Positions 62,899 to 64,000 of a DNA stretch of 64,000 nucleotides are shown here, one piece after another; positions within the stretch are counted from its first letter, which is position 1, and every line of letters begins with the position of its first letter. The position numbers were made by a program, and so were the translations under genes. The DNA is from Chiloscyllium plagiosum (taxonomy: Eukaryota). Below the pieces are notes generated by a model that did not search any database, had not been told where the DNA came from, and worked only from the letters and a program-made list of their open reading frames with translations. The stretch is taken from assembly GCF_004010195.1 (NCBI RefSeq), contig NC_057719.1, positions 47,066,719-47,130,718 on the forward strand. The letters run 5' to 3'.

Positions 62899-64000
62899 CA
62901 CATGTATAATTATCTGCACCTCCTGATGGATATTGAGAATGAACGTCGAGATCTAGTTTGCTCACCCAGCTTCATTTCTCATCGAGGAAGGTGAGGATTT
63001 TTGTATTTAGTAATTGCAGCAAACTTCCTTTGATGGCTTGCATGGAGTGGTGAGATGCCATCAGGATTTTAATTAGATCTTTAAACTTGATGCATACTCT
63101 TAAGCTTTATTTAGAATCTATGGAAAATACAGATATAATAGAAGACATTTTCTAAACATTGTAAAATTCCACTCCCTACAGTCCCTTGGCGCCAGAAAGA
63201 CATAACTGTTGAAATCCCTGAGATGCAGGATAATCCTCCAGCTCATGCAACAAACGTACATTTTAGTGGGCAAATCAGAGATTAAACACTTGTATTTTGA
63301 AGTATATTTGATTTATTGAAGTATTTTTAAATGGTTATTTCTTATCTGCAGCAAACCAATCCACTTACAGAATCAATACAGTGCACCCCAGTGATTAAAA
63401 GTGACCTTGCATCTTAAATTCTGTCACCTGCACAACAGATCACCAATAACAGTTTTCATTCTATACAACAAAAGGTGCAAAATGATTTCATAACCTGCTC
63501 TTAAATTATCAGAGTTATCACCTCTCCAGAGATAGGGAATCATCTCAATGAATATATTTTAACTGTCCAATTAAATTCAATAAACCTTGCTTTGACGTTA
63601 AAGACACCTATGCATATACACAATTGTATAAATAGTTCTCCTATGGCATTGCTTATGGGTTTTCTAGTATCTATACTATAGCTTCTGATGTTTTTCATGA
63701 CATCACAGCAGCCTTAATTATGAAAGCAGATGAATCTTTACTGTAATAGATTTCCTGAAGCAATATATTTGACATGAACATAAAATATTATTCTTTACTG
63801 ACATCAAAGATCCAGGACTCATAGATATGAATAAAGATTTGCAGTTATTAACAGCTATTGTTACATTTCTTGGCAAAGTCTAAAGTGTTCGAGTGATCAA
63901 TGAATTAAGTACAAGACTTTTTACAGACAGCAGGGCAGCAGCTTTATTATATGCATCAAAATCACACAATTTTGGGGAAAAGTGACTGGCTAAGTGGAGA

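Larger units (their letters stand above)
61050..63120 (-). mobile_element. Gypsy-type LTR retrotransposon pol remnant (RT, RNase H, integrase zinc finger)
   Basis: KLRVCIKFKDLIK (RT start, about 63100); FGISTAPK (62630-62650); VTL*CDA and ECLAIVF (RNase H); and IRDELTAQDGILY...LKHIHVNNQGTESSLRMLRDVFSW...IKDHISQC (integrase HHCC region). The RT-RH-IN order is Gypsy-type. Many stops and frameshifts. Confidence 0.9.

Overview
This is eukaryotic, AT-rich, CpG-depleted vertebrate DNA, almost certainly from a cartilaginous fish (shark). The evidence is about 10 copies or fragments of the HE1-type tRNA/V-domain SINE plus many CR1/HER1-like LINE fragments. The window reads as intronic or intergenic sequence with a large share of decayed transposons: CR1- and L2-type LINEs, two SINE families, Penelope-type short repeats with hammerhead-ribozyme-like cores, two Gypsy remnants and PIF/Harbinger remnants. 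These are interspersed with repeat-free, homeodomain-motif-rich blocks that look like conserved non-coding elements. None of the listed ORFs is a credible intact gene. The only convincing host-gene signal is a 38-nt minus-strand micro-exon at 39255-39292, and I could not name the gene. There are two assembly gaps (17009-17040, 58279-58352). The most notable observations are: (1) hammerhead-like CUGANGA-stem-GAAA motifs in three Penelope-type families, often arranged as head-to-head palindromes, three of them with target-site duplications; (2) a three-part templated insertion inside a LINE at about 26561-26602; (3) a G-rich minisatellite; (4) a 197-bp tandem duplication. I found no prokaryote-style system (CRISPR, operon) and cannot claim a wholly new biological system. 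All family assignments are from recalled motif similarity, not database searches, and repeat boundaries are approximate.
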